Shown: piece after piece, positions 27,860-37,019 of the stretch
How positions within the stretch are numbered: the first letter of the stretch is position 1
How the letters are laid out: each line of letters begins with the position of its first letter
Origin: a virus
Lineage: Duplodnaviria; Caudoviricetes
IMG/VR virus record: IMGVR_UViG_3300049899_000797
Location: 1 to 42,205 of that record
DNA: 42,205 nucleotides
Strand: one strand, 5' to 3'
Position numbers and translations under genes: made by a program
Notes under the pieces: model-generated
Database searches by the model: none
What the model was told of the DNA's origin: nothing
The model's input: the letters and a program-made list of their open reading frames with translations, nothing else

Positions 27860-28151
27860 TAACAAGATCTGTTTCGATACTAGTTGATGCTTCTAATTCG
27901 AAATCATAATCCATTGCATCATCAAGAGCTTCGGCTATTTTATCGCCTTCTTCGGGTTGAATTGAACGGGTAAGATTTACTTCATAATTATGTATATTAT
28001 TTTGCACATAATGCAACATAACACTATCTTCCATTGTTTGGACAATATCATCGGGGCCTATTGTATTAACGACATCAAAGAACAATACTGCCAATTGATC
28101 GGGTAGCTCTTCGTCCATTTTTAATATTAGATGATTAGTAAATTCTGCCAA
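27846..28151 (-). CDS. acidic hypothetical protein
   Basis: Compact ORF in an operon-like arrangement. Confidence 0.65.
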   Translation of the reverse strand: MAEFTNHLILKMDEELPDQLAVLFFDVVNTIGPDDIVQTMEDSVMLHYVQNNIHNYEVNLTRSIQPEEGDKIAEALDDAMDYDFELEASTSIETDLVNGIK

Positions 28152-28163
28152 TTGTTATTCCAG

Positions 28164-28484
28164 TTAAATTTTAAGGAGGATTTTATCTACTGTACCGGCG
28201 TATCTATTTGTTACTTTTGCTCGCAAATAAACATAATTGCCAGAAAAAGTCATGCCTAAAGTTTTTGTCTGGGCCGTAAGATTCATTTCAAATAAATCAA
28301 ACCAATCTGCCTCAACAGGAGTACTTGCAAGGGTACCTTGGACACCCACGAGACCAGTATAGGCAGTCATAGTAATTGCTACTGTATGTAAACCATCTGC
28401 ATATCCATAATAACCATCTGCTTGTATTTTTTCACCTGTAGTATCTTCACTAACAGAGGTCATCATTACTACACTACTAGACAT
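28164..28484 (-). CDS. beta-rich hypothetical (possibly structural) protein
   Basis: ORF with probable start MSSSVV, overlapping the upstream stop. Confidence 0.6.
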   Translation of the reverse strand: MSSSVVMMTSVSEDTTGEKIQADGYYGYADGLHTVAITMTAYTGLVGVQGTLASTPVEADWFDLFEMNLTAQTKTLGMTFSGNYVYLRAKVTNRYAGTVDKILLKI

Positions 28485-28674
28485 TTTGTTGAACCTCACT
28501 TACATTGGTTTCGGAAATTACTTCTACCATAACATTCTGCCTACCAGTAAGTTCGCCAATAACTGGTTCTAAAGTTGCGAGCATTTCAGGGGGAAGTAAC
28601 GGCTTTACGGGGTCAGTGTCTTTCAACATTTCAGATATTTTAATAACAATAACTTCTTCGTTTAACTTAGCCAT
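28477..28674 (-). CDS. small hypothetical protein
   Basis: GAGG RBS; CTAAATA at 28690-28696. Confidence 0.65.
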   Translation of the reverse strand: MAKLNEEVIVIKISEMLKDTDPVKPLLPPEMLATLEPVIGELTGRQNVMVEVISETNVSEVQQNV

Positions 28675-28692
28675 AACACCTCTTTCTATTAT

Positions 28693-30891
28693 TTAGCTAA
28701 AAAACATGTCTAGTTTTATCTTGTCGTCAACGATATCTAATGTTGCTGTGCCTTTTTTGCCAAAGTTTTTTCTAAATAGCATTTCTTTGGCAAGAGGTCG
28801 TTTAATTTCGTTATTAATAACACGTTGCATGGGCCTTGCACCCATTACTTCATCGTATCCTTTTTCAACTAACCAATCAATAACTATTGGTTTATAAACA
28901 ACATCTATTTCACGTTGCTTAGAAAGAATATTTAAATCATTAATAAACTTAATTGCTATTTGTTTGACATTTTCTATAGACAGTTTATTAAAATTAACTG
29001 TTGCATCTAGCCTATTTCTAAACTCTGGCGAAAAAAACTTTTTAACTGCTTTTTCATGTGCATTATCGTGTTTGGTACCACCAAAACCTATTGATCGTTC
29101 TTCTGCTTTTGCGGCGCCCAAGTTCGATGTCATTATAAGTGTTACATGTCTGCCACTTACTGTTTTACCATTTGATGAGGTAATGATACCATCGTCCATA
29201 AATTGTAACAAAATATTTAATACATCTACATGTGCTTTTTCTACTTCGTCTAGTAACAATACACAATTTGTTTTTTCTTCTAATTCATTTACTAAGGCAC
29301 CAGATCCGATTGATCCGTCTTCATACCCAACATACCCCGGAGGTGCTCCGATTAATTTAGATACTGCATGTCGTTCTTGGTATTCTGACATATCAAACTT
29401 AACTAGGGGTAAGTCCATGTAATGAGCCAGTTGCCTTGCAGTTTCAGTTTTACCACAACCAGTGGGGCCTGTAAACAAATAACATCCTACAGGTTTTTTT
29501 GGATCTTTTAGTCCTGCTTTTGATATATAAAGCGAATCTAATAATACTTGAAGGGCGTCATCTTGTCCAAACACCTTAGTTTTTAAATTCTGTTCTAATT
29601 CTATTATACTTTTATCTTGTTCTATTTCTTTATGACTAATTGTATCTAACGGTATCTTTGCTATTTTTGATAATTCTACTTTAATTTCTTCGGTATCTAC
29701 AATAAGTTTACGTTTATGATCTGGTGTAATACGTTGTCTTGCACCTGCGGCATCTATTAAATCTAAGGCTTTGTCGGGCAACTTTTTATCTAACAAGTAT
29801 TGTGCAGACAAATCAACGGCCGCGTCTAGTGCCTGTTCTGTGTATGTTAAACTAAAAAATTCCGCATAATGCTCTGATGCGCCTCGTACAATTTTCTTTG
29901 CATCTTCAATACTAGGTTCATCTATATTAAGTTTCTGAAACCGTCGTACTAATGCTCTATCCTTTTCAAAATGCTGTCTATATTCTTCTTGTGTAGTAGA
30001 CCCTATACAATGTAATTTTCCTTTTTGTAATGCTGGTTTTAACATATTTGCAACATCCATTGAGCCATTACCTCCAGCTCCGGCACCCATAATCATATGT
30101 ATTTCATCTATAAACAATATAGCATCATCACGTTCTTCTAATTCATCTAATACTGCTTTTAATCGTTCTTCAAAATCACCTCTATATTTTGTTCCAGCCA
30201 ACAATGCTCCAATATCTAAATTATATACTGTATTTTCTTTTATTATATCTGGAACATTATTATCTACTATTAACCTTGCTAATCCTTCTACTATTGCAGT
30301 TTTGCCTACACCCGGATCACCAACCATTATAATATTGTTTTTCTTTCTGCGAGCAATGGTTTGTGCAAGTTGATCTACTTCTAATTCTCTACCAATTAGC
30401 GGATCTATTTTTTTCAGAATAGCAAGTTCATTAAAATTATCACAAAAGGTATCCAATGCACTACCATCCTCGTCATCCTCTGTAAGTTTTTCTATTAAAA
30501 TTTCTTTACTAATCTTATTACGTTGCAAATAAAAACTTGCAGGGGAATGTTGTTCTGCTAAAATAGATAACAACAAATCTCGAGGATCTAGTTTATTTTT
30601 ACCAGTAAATAAACTTTGGGTAAATGCTCTATTAAAAACTCGTTCTAGTGTGTTTGTTTTCTTTGGCTTTGTATTAGAGTCTAATTTTATATCATTCATT
30701 TCGTTAATGACATAATAATCTACTTCTTGCAATACATCTTTTGAATCCACTTTCATTTCTTTTAAAAATGCTCCAATGCCTCTATCGCGAAGTAGAGAAT
30801 GCAGTAAGTGCTCTAAGGTAACATATTGATGTTTATGTTCCTCTGCTAACTTAAAAGCCCGTTTAACAATAGGTTCAATCTTGTCCGCCAC
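28693..30891 (-). CDS. clpA: ATP-dependent Clp protease ATP-binding subunit ClpA
   Basis: Clp N-domain, Walker A motifs GDPGVGKT and GPTGCGKT, KYRGDFEER, IGAPPGYVG and the ClpP-docking IGF loop. No M-domain. Confidence 0.93.
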   Translation of the reverse strand: MADKIEPIVKRAFKLAEEHKHQYVTLEHLLHSLLRDRGIGAFLKEMKVDSKDVLQEVDYYVINEMNDIKLDSNTKPKKTNTLERVFNRAFTQSLFTGKNKLDPRDLLLSILAEQHSPASFYLQRNKISKEILIEKLTEDDEDGSALDTFCDNFNELAILKKIDPLIGRELEVDQLAQTIARRKKNNIIMVGDPGVGKTAIVEGLARLIVDNNVPDIIKENTVYNLDIGALLAGTKYRGDFEERLKAVLDELEERDDAILFIDEIHMIMGAGAGGNGSMDVANMLKPALQKGKLHCIGSTTQEEYRQHFEKDRALVRRFQKLNIDEPSIEDAKKIVRGASEHYAEFFSLTYTEQALDAAVDLSAQYLLDKKLPDKALDLIDAAGARQRITPDHKRKLIVDTEEIKVELSKIAKIPLDTISHKEIEQDKSIIELEQNLKTKVFGQDDALQVLLDSLYISKAGLKDPKKPVGCYLFTGPTGCGKTETARQLAHYMDLPLVKFDMSEYQERHAVSKLIGAPPGYVGYEDGSIGSGALVNELEEKTNCVLLLDEVEKAHVDVLNILLQFMDDGIITSSNGKTVSGRHVTLIMTSNLGAAKAEERSIGFGGTKHDNAHEKAVKKFFSPEFRNRLDATVNFNKLSIENVKQIAIKFINDLNILSKQREIDVVYKPIVIDWLVEKGYDEVMGARPMQRVINNEIKRPLAKEMLFRKNFGKKGTATLDIVDDKIKLDMFFS

Positions 30892-31393
30892 GTTTTGCCT
30901 TCCTATAAAGTATTTTTAAATACTTTTTTTGTTTTTGCTTAGCCAATTGCAAAGTTAATTTAGCAACTTTATCTGTATACAATATGCCATCTAAATGTTC
31001 AAGTTCATGACAATAACATCTAGCCATAATATCTGTAAAAGTCATAGTTTGTTCTTTACCATGTAGGTCAGTAAATTCTGCAACAACCTCTTTTGGTCTA
31101 CCTATTCGAAGAAATAAGCCCGGAAAAGATAGGCATCCTTCTGTACCATACACTAATTCTTCAGATATACTTACCACGTTAGGATTAAAACATGCAAGCG
31201 CCTGCTCGGGATCGCCTATTAAAAACATCCTATAGTTTAATCCTACTTGCGGTGCCGCTAAACCTATTCCATTATATTCAAACATAATTGGTGCCATTTC
31301 TGTGGCTAGTTTTTCAGGATCTACATCATTATTAAAATCAAAATCTACAGCGGATTGACGCAAAATAGGATTTGTATCGTTGACTAATTTCAT
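30875..31393 (-). CDS. def: peptide deformylase
   Basis: GIGLAAPQ, EGCLS and HELEH motifs. Confidence 0.95.
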   Translation of the reverse strand: MKLVNDTNPILRQSAVDFDFNNDVDPEKLATEMAPIMFEYNGIGLAAPQVGLNYRMFLIGDPEQALACFNPNVVSISEELVYGTEGCLSFPGLFLRIGRPKEVVAEFTDLHGKEQTMTFTDIMARCYCHELEHLDGILYTDKVAKLTLQLAKQKQKKYLKILYRKAKRGGQD

Positions 31394-31407
31394 TTGTCTC
31401 CTAAAAA

Positions 31408-31459
31408 TATTTATTGTTAACTACTACTATAGTATAACATATATATTAATAATTTACAA
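31408..31459 (-). promoter_or_regulatory. tandem sigma70-like (TTGTAA-N17-TATACT) and late (ATAAATA) promoters for def-clpA
   Basis: -35 at 31454-31459, TG plus -10 at 31431-31436, ATAAATA at 31408-31414. Confidence 0.55.
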
Positions 31460-32561
31460 GAAATTTAATTCGTTTTTTGATTGATTCGGTAGCTGGTTCT
31501 GCTACTGGTTCTTGAGTAATTGTCGGATTCATAAAGATAGCCTTGTATTTTGTTTTATCTAAAGTAACATTTGCTTCAATATTATCTCTATTGAAATCCT
31601 TTGGTAGGGAATGCCTGAATGATGAAAATTTCCACTCATCTACATTAGTAATATTTTTAACATCTTTTAAAATATTTTGTAGTTTCATAAAGAAGTTTTT
31701 ATCACGTTTCATTTCAACAAATACAAGATAATTTCCATCTTCGTCGGAACCTGGCGATACCTCTGCATCTAGAATATCATATTGTCCTTGTTCAATAAAA
31801 TGTGCAAGGTCTTGTGCGGGTGGTTCATATTTAAAAACTTTAAATGTTGTAACTATTGTTTCTTCTTCTGCACCTAATTTTGGTTGGAATGTATCAATTG
31901 CAATTACGTTATCTATTATATCTCGTAAATCATTAGGTTCTAATCCTTCTCGTACTACTGATTCCATTGGCATTGGTGTTTGTGCCGCCATATTAGGATC
32001 AGGTTCTTCATGATATTGTTCTTCGCCTCCTGCTCCTTCATCATATGCATCTTTGACATCTTCTAATTCAATATCATCGTCGCCCGAAGTACTAGCAGTA
32101 TCTGCCAAGAATTCATCTATAAAATGTCTAGGAATTTCTATTTTAACTAACCATGTAGGAATTTTTAGAAGTTTTGCCCTGCGTTTTCCTTCCGAACGCT
32201 TCTTTTGCCCTTCATCTGTAAATGGCTCTTCATTAGCTCTAGTTTCTGAATCTTCAGGGTGTACAAGTTTTGCTGGCTTTAAATAATGATCTTCTTTATA
32301 ACTAACTTTAATTCCATGTTTAGTAAGGCGTTTTGTTGCATCAGGATCAGGCATTAGTTTATACGGATACATTACTGTACATGTGATCCAATATTTTTCT
32401 ATTTGAGGACCATCAACTAGTTCGCCTTTTTTCCAATTTTTAAATGCATAAATGTCTAAATTATCTAAAACATCTTCCCATTCTAATAGAAGGTCAAGTA
32501 GTGTTTCACTACCGTGTATAGAGTTTATATTATTGTTAATTGATTCAAATTCCTGTGGCAT
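31446..32561 (-). CDS. two-domain phage hypothetical protein
   Basis: Two globular regions joined by an acidic linker. CTAAATA at 32582-32588. Confidence 0.7.
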   Translation of the reverse strand: MPQEFESINNNINSIHGSETLLDLLLEWEDVLDNLDIYAFKNWKKGELVDGPQIEKYWITCTVMYPYKLMPDPDATKRLTKHGIKVSYKEDHYLKPAKLVHPEDSETRANEEPFTDEGQKKRSEGKRRAKLLKIPTWLVKIEIPRHFIDEFLADTASTSGDDDIELEDVKDAYDEGAGGEEQYHEEPDPNMAAQTPMPMESVVREGLEPNDLRDIIDNVIAIDTFQPKLGAEEETIVTTFKVFKYEPPAQDLAHFIEQGQYDILDAEVSPGSDEDGNYLVFVEMKRDKNFFMKLQNILKDVKNITNVDEWKFSSFRHSLPKDFNRDNIEANVTLDKTKYKAIFMNPTITQEPVAEPATESIKKRIKFLVNY

Positions 32562-32584
32562 AGTTCCTAGACCCTTTACTATAT

Positions 32585-33505
32585 TTAGCCTGTTTTTAAC
32601 TTTTCTAATTCAATTAGAGTTGCTGAAAGATTAATTTCCGGATCTGCTATCATGCCATGCTTAACTAATCCGTTGCGAATTATAAGAATTGCTTCATCCT
32701 GTTTATCATCTGTACCCCAAAAGTCTAAATTTCTATACAAAAACCGGTACACATCTTCATACTCTTCTAATCCTATTTGTTCGCAAATAAGTTTTCGTGC
32801 TTCTTTAACTTTACCTTCTCTAAACAATGCAATCATAGCAAGTTTATAATCTTGTGAATTGTCGGTGTCTTCGGGAAATGCAAGTTTACCTGTAGCACAA
32901 TTTAATTGAATATTGTTTATAGTTTTACGTAAATCTGGATATGATGCTTTAACAAATGATTCAAGTAATTCTACATTAAAATCTATTTCTTCTCGTGCAA
33001 GTATTTCGCCTACTCGCACCATAAAATCTGTTTCATTTAAATGTTGAATATAACATGTTTGACATCTAGAATTAATTGCAGGTAATATTTTGTTATGATA
33101 ATTACAAGTTAAAATAAACCTAAGAACTGTATGGTATTCTTCCATAAGTCCTCTTAAAACAGATTGTGCATTAGGAGTTAAATAATCTGCTTCATCTAAT
33201 ATAATAACTTTAAAGTCGCCCCAAGGCATAGTTTGTGAAAAGTTATTAATTTTAGTTCGCATATCTTCTACACGATTTTCACGAGATGCATTAATATAAA
33301 ATGTATCGGCGTCTTCAACTTCCATTGCTGTACATAACAATTTAGCAAGGGTTGTTTTTCCTGTGCCCGGAGAACCGCTAAACAATAAATGTGGTATTGA
33401 TTTTTCCTCTATCCAATTTGTTACTTGCTGTCTAAGAACAGAGTCTTTAAACACATATTCTTCGACTGTTTGTGGTCTATATTTTTCTACCCAAAGAGTT
33501 TTCAT
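32585..33505 (-). CDS. clamp loader ATPase subunit (gp44/RFC-like)
   Basis: LWVEKYRP, GSPGTGKTT, DEAD and SRC motifs. Confidence 0.93.
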   Translation of the reverse strand: MKTLWVEKYRPQTVEEYVFKDSVLRQQVTNWIEEKSIPHLLFSGSPGTGKTTLAKLLCTAMEVEDADTFYINASRENRVEDMRTKINNFSQTMPWGDFKVIILDEADYLTPNAQSVLRGLMEEYHTVLRFILTCNYHNKILPAINSRCQTCYIQHLNETDFMVRVGEILAREEIDFNVELLESFVKASYPDLRKTINNIQLNCATGKLAFPEDTDNSQDYKLAMIALFREGKVKEARKLICEQIGLEEYEDVYRFLYRNLDFWGTDDKQDEAILIIRNGLVKHGMIADPEINLSATLIELEKLKTG

Positions 33506-33765
33506 TTGTCCATTCCGCTAAAGTGATATAATAGTATACTATAATGTAGGGCTTTTAGCAAGTCTTTTTTATTCTTTCCTTCTTTATCTCCGAACCTATA
33601 AAGATATTTTATAGCATTTGCTCTGCAAAAAGGTTCAGCAATTTGTAAGTGATTAAAGACATCTTGTATTTGAAAACCTTCTGTTGCATAATGTTCGCCG
33701 TATGTTTTATTAATGTATTCGGTTAGTTCTTTTAAAATTTCTCCTTCATTGTATCTATATTTCAT
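33502..33765 (-). CDS. DUF3310/SaV-like (T7 gp1.7-related) protein
   Basis: HY...NAIKYLYRFG.K....DL.KA.HY pattern. Confidence 0.75.
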   Translation of the reverse strand: MKYRYNEGEILKELTEYINKTYGEHYATEGFQIQDVFNHLQIAEPFCRANAIKYLYRFGDKEGKNKKDLLKALHYSILLYHFSGMDK

Positions 33766-33772
33766 TATCTCC

Positions 33773-34015
33773 TTAATTTAAATAATAAGATGTTATCTCA
33801 TCATCAGAGGCTTCGGGTGAGGCCTCTGCCATTTTCATAATTATTTCATGTAATTGGTCTGCCTCGTCTTCATCTTCAGGATAAAAGAGCACCTCTTCGG
33901 CACCTATGCTTTGTAAATATTCTTTTGATTTTCGCAGTTCGTTGTGTTCAAAAATTATGCCGTTAATACATAACTTACCTTCTATTACACACATAATTGG
34001 ATTTGCATCAATCAT
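33773..34015 (-). CDS. acidic hypothetical protein
   Basis: ATGA overlap with the upstream stop. Confidence 0.6.
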   Translation of the reverse strand: MIDANPIMCVIEGKLCINGIIFEHNELRKSKEYLQSIGAEEVLFYPEDEDEADQLHEIIMKMAEASPEASDDEITSYYLN

Positions 34016-34635
34016 ATTACTACCCATTTAACATGTCCTACTTTAAGTGTGGGTATTACTTTTGGCTTAATGCCAGTTTTTTCATATACATTTCTTGCAA
34101 ATATCAAATCTTCTGCTACCCAGGTAGGGTCGCCATTTGGTCGTTCTATTTTAGGAATATAATAAAACGGAAATTCTAACTGTTGAATTAAACTACTATG
34201 TATTTTCATAAAGCCGCCTGCAACATGATCTACTTCAAACATTTCTTTATGACTTAAAACTTCCTTTGGTGACAATAATGTTGGTTCATCTTTCCAGTAA
34301 CCTACCAAACTTGTTCGGTTGTTAGGATTAAAAATATACCATCCACTTACAAACAATTCTTTAGAATACATTAATTCTTGCATCTGTGGTAAAGAAAACT
34401 TAATGTCTGCATCTATAAAGATAAACCATTCAACCGTTTTTGCAAATTCATATGGTTTAGATTGATCGCCTCGTGTTAGTAATTTGTTTCGACCTTCAGT
34501 TTGATTTGAAGCAACCATATTCATAATTATACCATCTTCGTTTTTGGCAAGCCATTCTTGAAAAGGTACCCATTGTTGAAACAACAAACTAGGTACCATT
34601 TGGTGTCCTGATGGTATTAAAAATGCATATTTCAT
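34012..34635 (-). CDS. GT-A fold glycosyltransferase (GT2-like)
   Basis: RN, FIDAD (DxD), VSG.Y, GGFM, AEDL.F and VGH motifs. Confidence 0.75.
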   Translation of the reverse strand: MKYAFLIPSGHQMVPSLLFQQWVPFQEWLAKNEDGIIMNMVASNQTEGRNKLLTRGDQSKPYEFAKTVEWFIFIDADIKFSLPQMQELMYSKELFVSGWYIFNPNNRTSLVGYWKDEPTLLSPKEVLSHKEMFEVDHVAGGFMKIHSSLIQQLEFPFYYIPKIERPNGDPTWVAEDLIFARNVYEKTGIKPKVIPTLKVGHVKWVVI

Positions 34636-35288
34636 ATTGTTTTTAACCATTCTTGTAATGGCTTTGAGACTAGTTCTCCTATTGCTTTATTACCTTCTAA
34701 TGTAGGATGTCCTATAATATGTCCGCCTTGTTGCCATGGTCCTAATTCAATGTATAGTTCATTGTGGTAAGTAGGATCTTTATATATTACTTCGTCTATA
34801 GATGGTAATATGTTTAGCACTTTTATATTGCCATAATTATACTGCCCCATATCTGGTCTAATGTGAAATATTGCACATGGTTTATTAATAGAACTAATGT
34901 AAGCAATTGCAAAGCGACTAAAAGACAGTTGGTTATTTGTTCTTTCTTTTTCACTTCTAATGCCTACCGTTTTACAACTATCTTTTAACGTATAATGATC
35001 TACGTCATTAGACGTAACTAAATCAAAGTCATCATTAATTGTAAGTAAAAATCTAGGTTCAAATGATTCTTGCAGTAATATAAAATCAAATTTAGATATG
35101 TCTATTTTATCTAGTAATGTTGCATAATTTAAATACCCACCTCCAGGAAACGAGTATACTACAAGATTGGATATTCCCAAAAAATTGTACCAACCTATTT
35201 GATTTTCAATAACTTCACCTAAAGGATTTGAAGGATCTAATTTATGTGTTCCTCCTGATATGCTACAACCTATTATTAATCCTTTCAT
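34632..35288 (-). CDS. SGNH-like hydrolase
   Basis: IIGCSISGG at the N-terminus; GHPTLEGN at the C-terminus. Confidence 0.6.
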   Translation of the reverse strand: MKGLIIGCSISGGTHKLDPSNPLGEVIENQIGWYNFLGISNLVVYSFPGGGYLNYATLLDKIDISKFDFILLQESFEPRFLLTINDDFDLVTSNDVDHYTLKDSCKTVGIRSEKERTNNQLSFSRFAIAYISSINKPCAIFHIRPDMGQYNYGNIKVLNILPSIDEVIYKDPTYHNELYIELGPWQQGGHIIGHPTLEGNKAIGELVSKPLQEWLKTI

Positions 35289-35515
35289 ATTCCTCTAACT
35301 CTCTCCTCATCCTGCAGGTCATCATTTATAATACTATTGGGTTTAATCTCTACTTCTTTTGTTTGACCACAATGCATACAATGTACCTTTTCATCGCTTG
35401 GAAGGGTTAAATTATAATTTGTTAATTTAGTTGGAGATATTGCATAGCTCCACCATAGGTGGCATAGGTCGCACTCGAAATGATATATTATTTCTGCCGT
35501 ATATCTATGTGCCAT
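35285..35515 (-). CDS. zinc-ribbon protein
   Basis: CDLC and CMHCG pairs. Confidence 0.65.
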   Translation of the reverse strand: MAHRYTAEIIYHFECDLCHLWWSYAISPTKLTNYNLTLPSDEKVHCMHCGQTKEVEIKPNSIINDDLQDEERVRGI

Positions 35516-35521
35516 ATTATT

Positions 35522-35947
35522 TTATTGATTAAATAGTTCGTTGGGATTGACCATTGTTTTGATTTCTAAAACATTACCGTTTGGGTCTTCTATAAACATT
35601 GTTTCTTGTTCTAAGACTCCGCCTTTAAACCTTATATAAGGCTCATCGATAAATTTTATATTATTTTGTATTATTCTTTCTTTAAGATCTTTAAATTCTT
35701 CTGCTTCTAAATGTACACCAAAATGTGGAACAGATACGTTACCCATATCTACATTATGTCGTTCGCCTGTTTGTTTGCAATTTGAAGAATGTAACGTAAG
35801 TTCGTTGCCCCAAAAATTTATATCGCACCATGAATCAGGTGGTTTAATTTCTGAGTTGCCTTTTGTGCAACCTAATACATTACAATAAAAATAAATTGCA
35901 TTATGTAAATCACCTGCAGGAATTGCTAGGTGAAAAGTATGTGCCAT
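35522..35947 (-). CDS. VOC/glyoxalase-dioxygenase family protein
   Basis: FHLAIP, FY..VLG, HFG and DPNGNVLEIK motifs. ATAAATA at 35967-35973. Confidence 0.88.
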   Translation of the reverse strand: MAHTFHLAIPAGDLHNAIYFYCNVLGCTKGNSEIKPPDSWCDINFWGNELTLHSSNCKQTGERHNVDMGNVSVPHFGVHLEAEEFKDLKERIIQNNIKFIDEPYIRFKGGVLEQETMFIEDPNGNVLEIKTMVNPNELFNQ

Positions 35948-35988
35948 CTAAAATACCGCCATACTGTATTTATTTGATAACATAAGTT

Positions 35989-36072
35989 TGGTGGGCAGGG
36001 AAGGAATTTGCACCCTCACAGCATATGCGGCGGATTTACAGTCCGTTGAGCTCACTCTTGCTCAGCCTACCC
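35989..36072 (-). tRNA. tRNA-Tyr (GUA)
   Basis: Acceptor GGGTAGG/CCTGCCC plus ACCA; anticodon loop CTGTAAA; long variable arm GCATATGC; atypical T-loop. Confidence 0.8.
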
Positions 36073-36077
36073 ATGTT

Positions 36078-36152
36078 TGGCACGCCTGCAAGGATTTGAA
36101 CCCTGACCTAGTGGTTTGGAATCACTTGTGCTACCATTGACACTACAGACGT
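36078..36152 (-). tRNA. tRNA-Trp (CCA)
   Basis: Acceptor ACGTCTG/CAGGCGT plus GCCA; D-arm GTGT/GCAC; anticodon loop TTCCAAA; T-arm CAGGG-TTCAAAT-CCTTG. Confidence 0.9.
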
Positions 36153-36215
36153 ATTGGAATAGATATAATAATAATAAAATTGTCGCCAATGTTTCATAGT
36201 AATTCTTTTTGTTAG

Positions 36216-36390
36216 TAGCTGGTGGTTAGGAATCGAACCTAACACCGATGGGCACATACATACACCCTTCTTCCTACAGGCGGTAGGAGGGCGGAAATAC
36301 CGCTGTTCCCCATATAGTTCAAGACGGTGCCACCGCCAGGCAATGAACAGTTTCTTGGGTTTGCTCTACCTTTGAGCTCTACACCAGCTA
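36216..36390 (-). ncRNA. tRNA-like structured RNA with a ~120 nt internal structured region
   Basis: TAGCTGGTG/CACCAGCTA terminal stem, GCTC-AAAGGTA-GAGC D-arm, GTTAGG-TTCGATT-CCTAAC T-arm and a GC-rich hairpin-forming middle. Confidence 0.7.
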
Positions 36391-36410
36391 GTTTCTGTTC
36401 TTTGTTTTAT

Positions 36411-36515
36411 TTATTGCATTACAATCCAGGCCCATGCAATAACTATTGCACCAAACCCAAACATAACTGTAATGCCTCCTAAAAAATGCAGTAATTCAAT
36501 CATTATTGGTTCCAT
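36411..36515 (-). CDS. small hydrophobic peptide (34 aa)
   Basis: Manual ORF MEPIMIELLHFLGGITVMFGFGAIVIAWAWIVMQ. Confidence 0.45.
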   Translation of the reverse strand: MEPIMIELLHFLGGITVMFGFGAIVIAWAWIVMQ

Positions 36516-36520
36516 TAAGA

Positions 36521-36673
36521 TTACACTAGATCAAAATATTCTGTTATCACCATTCGGCCACCGGTCTTCCAATGTTTAACGAAACCGGCAATATCTTCGC
36601 TGTATGGCATCAAGTGTTCAGCCCATCCCATATGACCATCTGAACATTCATAAAAACAACGTATTCTACACAT
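36521..36673 (-). CDS. small hypothetical protein (50 aa)
   Basis: Manual ORF MCRIRCFYECSDGHMGW...EYFDLV. Confidence 0.45.
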   Translation of the reverse strand: MCRIRCFYECSDGHMGWAEHLMPYSEDIAGFVKHWKTGGRMVITEYFDLV

Positions 36674-36686
36674 AATATACTTTCAT

Positions 36687-37019
36687 TTAAAAGACATACC
36701 CACAATCTGGGCAAGTATGAACTAATTTACCGCTTACTCTTTCTGGTGAATCTTTATCAAACCACAATTTAAATAATACAGCATCATCTGGGCATTTAAA
36801 CTTATAACAATATTGTCCTGTTTTTACATCAGCAGTAAAATCATAATCTATATTCTTTTTTAAACCTGCGCCTGCTAAAAAATTTCTGACGCCTGCTAAT
36901 GGTCTAACTTTAGATCCCCAAATGTCTTGTCCTTTTAGATTTTTAAACATAAAAGAATATGACATATCCTTTTTGTTATCTGTTGCAACTAATACTTCTG
37001 TCCATTCATTAAGTTTCAC
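36687..37019 (-). CDS. hypothetical protein with C-terminal CPDC
   Basis: GTG start overlapping the upstream stop, with a GAGG RBS. Confidence 0.6.
   Translation of the reverse strand: MKLNEWTEVLVATDNKKDMSYSFMFKNLKGQDIWGSKVRPLAGVRNFLAGAGLKKNIDYDFTADVKTGQYCYKFKCPDDAVLFKLWFDKDSPERVSGKLVHTCPDCGYVF

Noticed and set aside
36216-36390. tmRNA or group I intron-containing tRNA
   Set aside because: The element is too short. It has no Ala-type G3-U70 acceptor with CCA, no tag ORF and no recognisable group I core.
36687-37019. MKLNEWTE as another capsid-targeting leader
   Set aside because: The match is only partial and the gene lies in the early-promoter region, so it may be chance.
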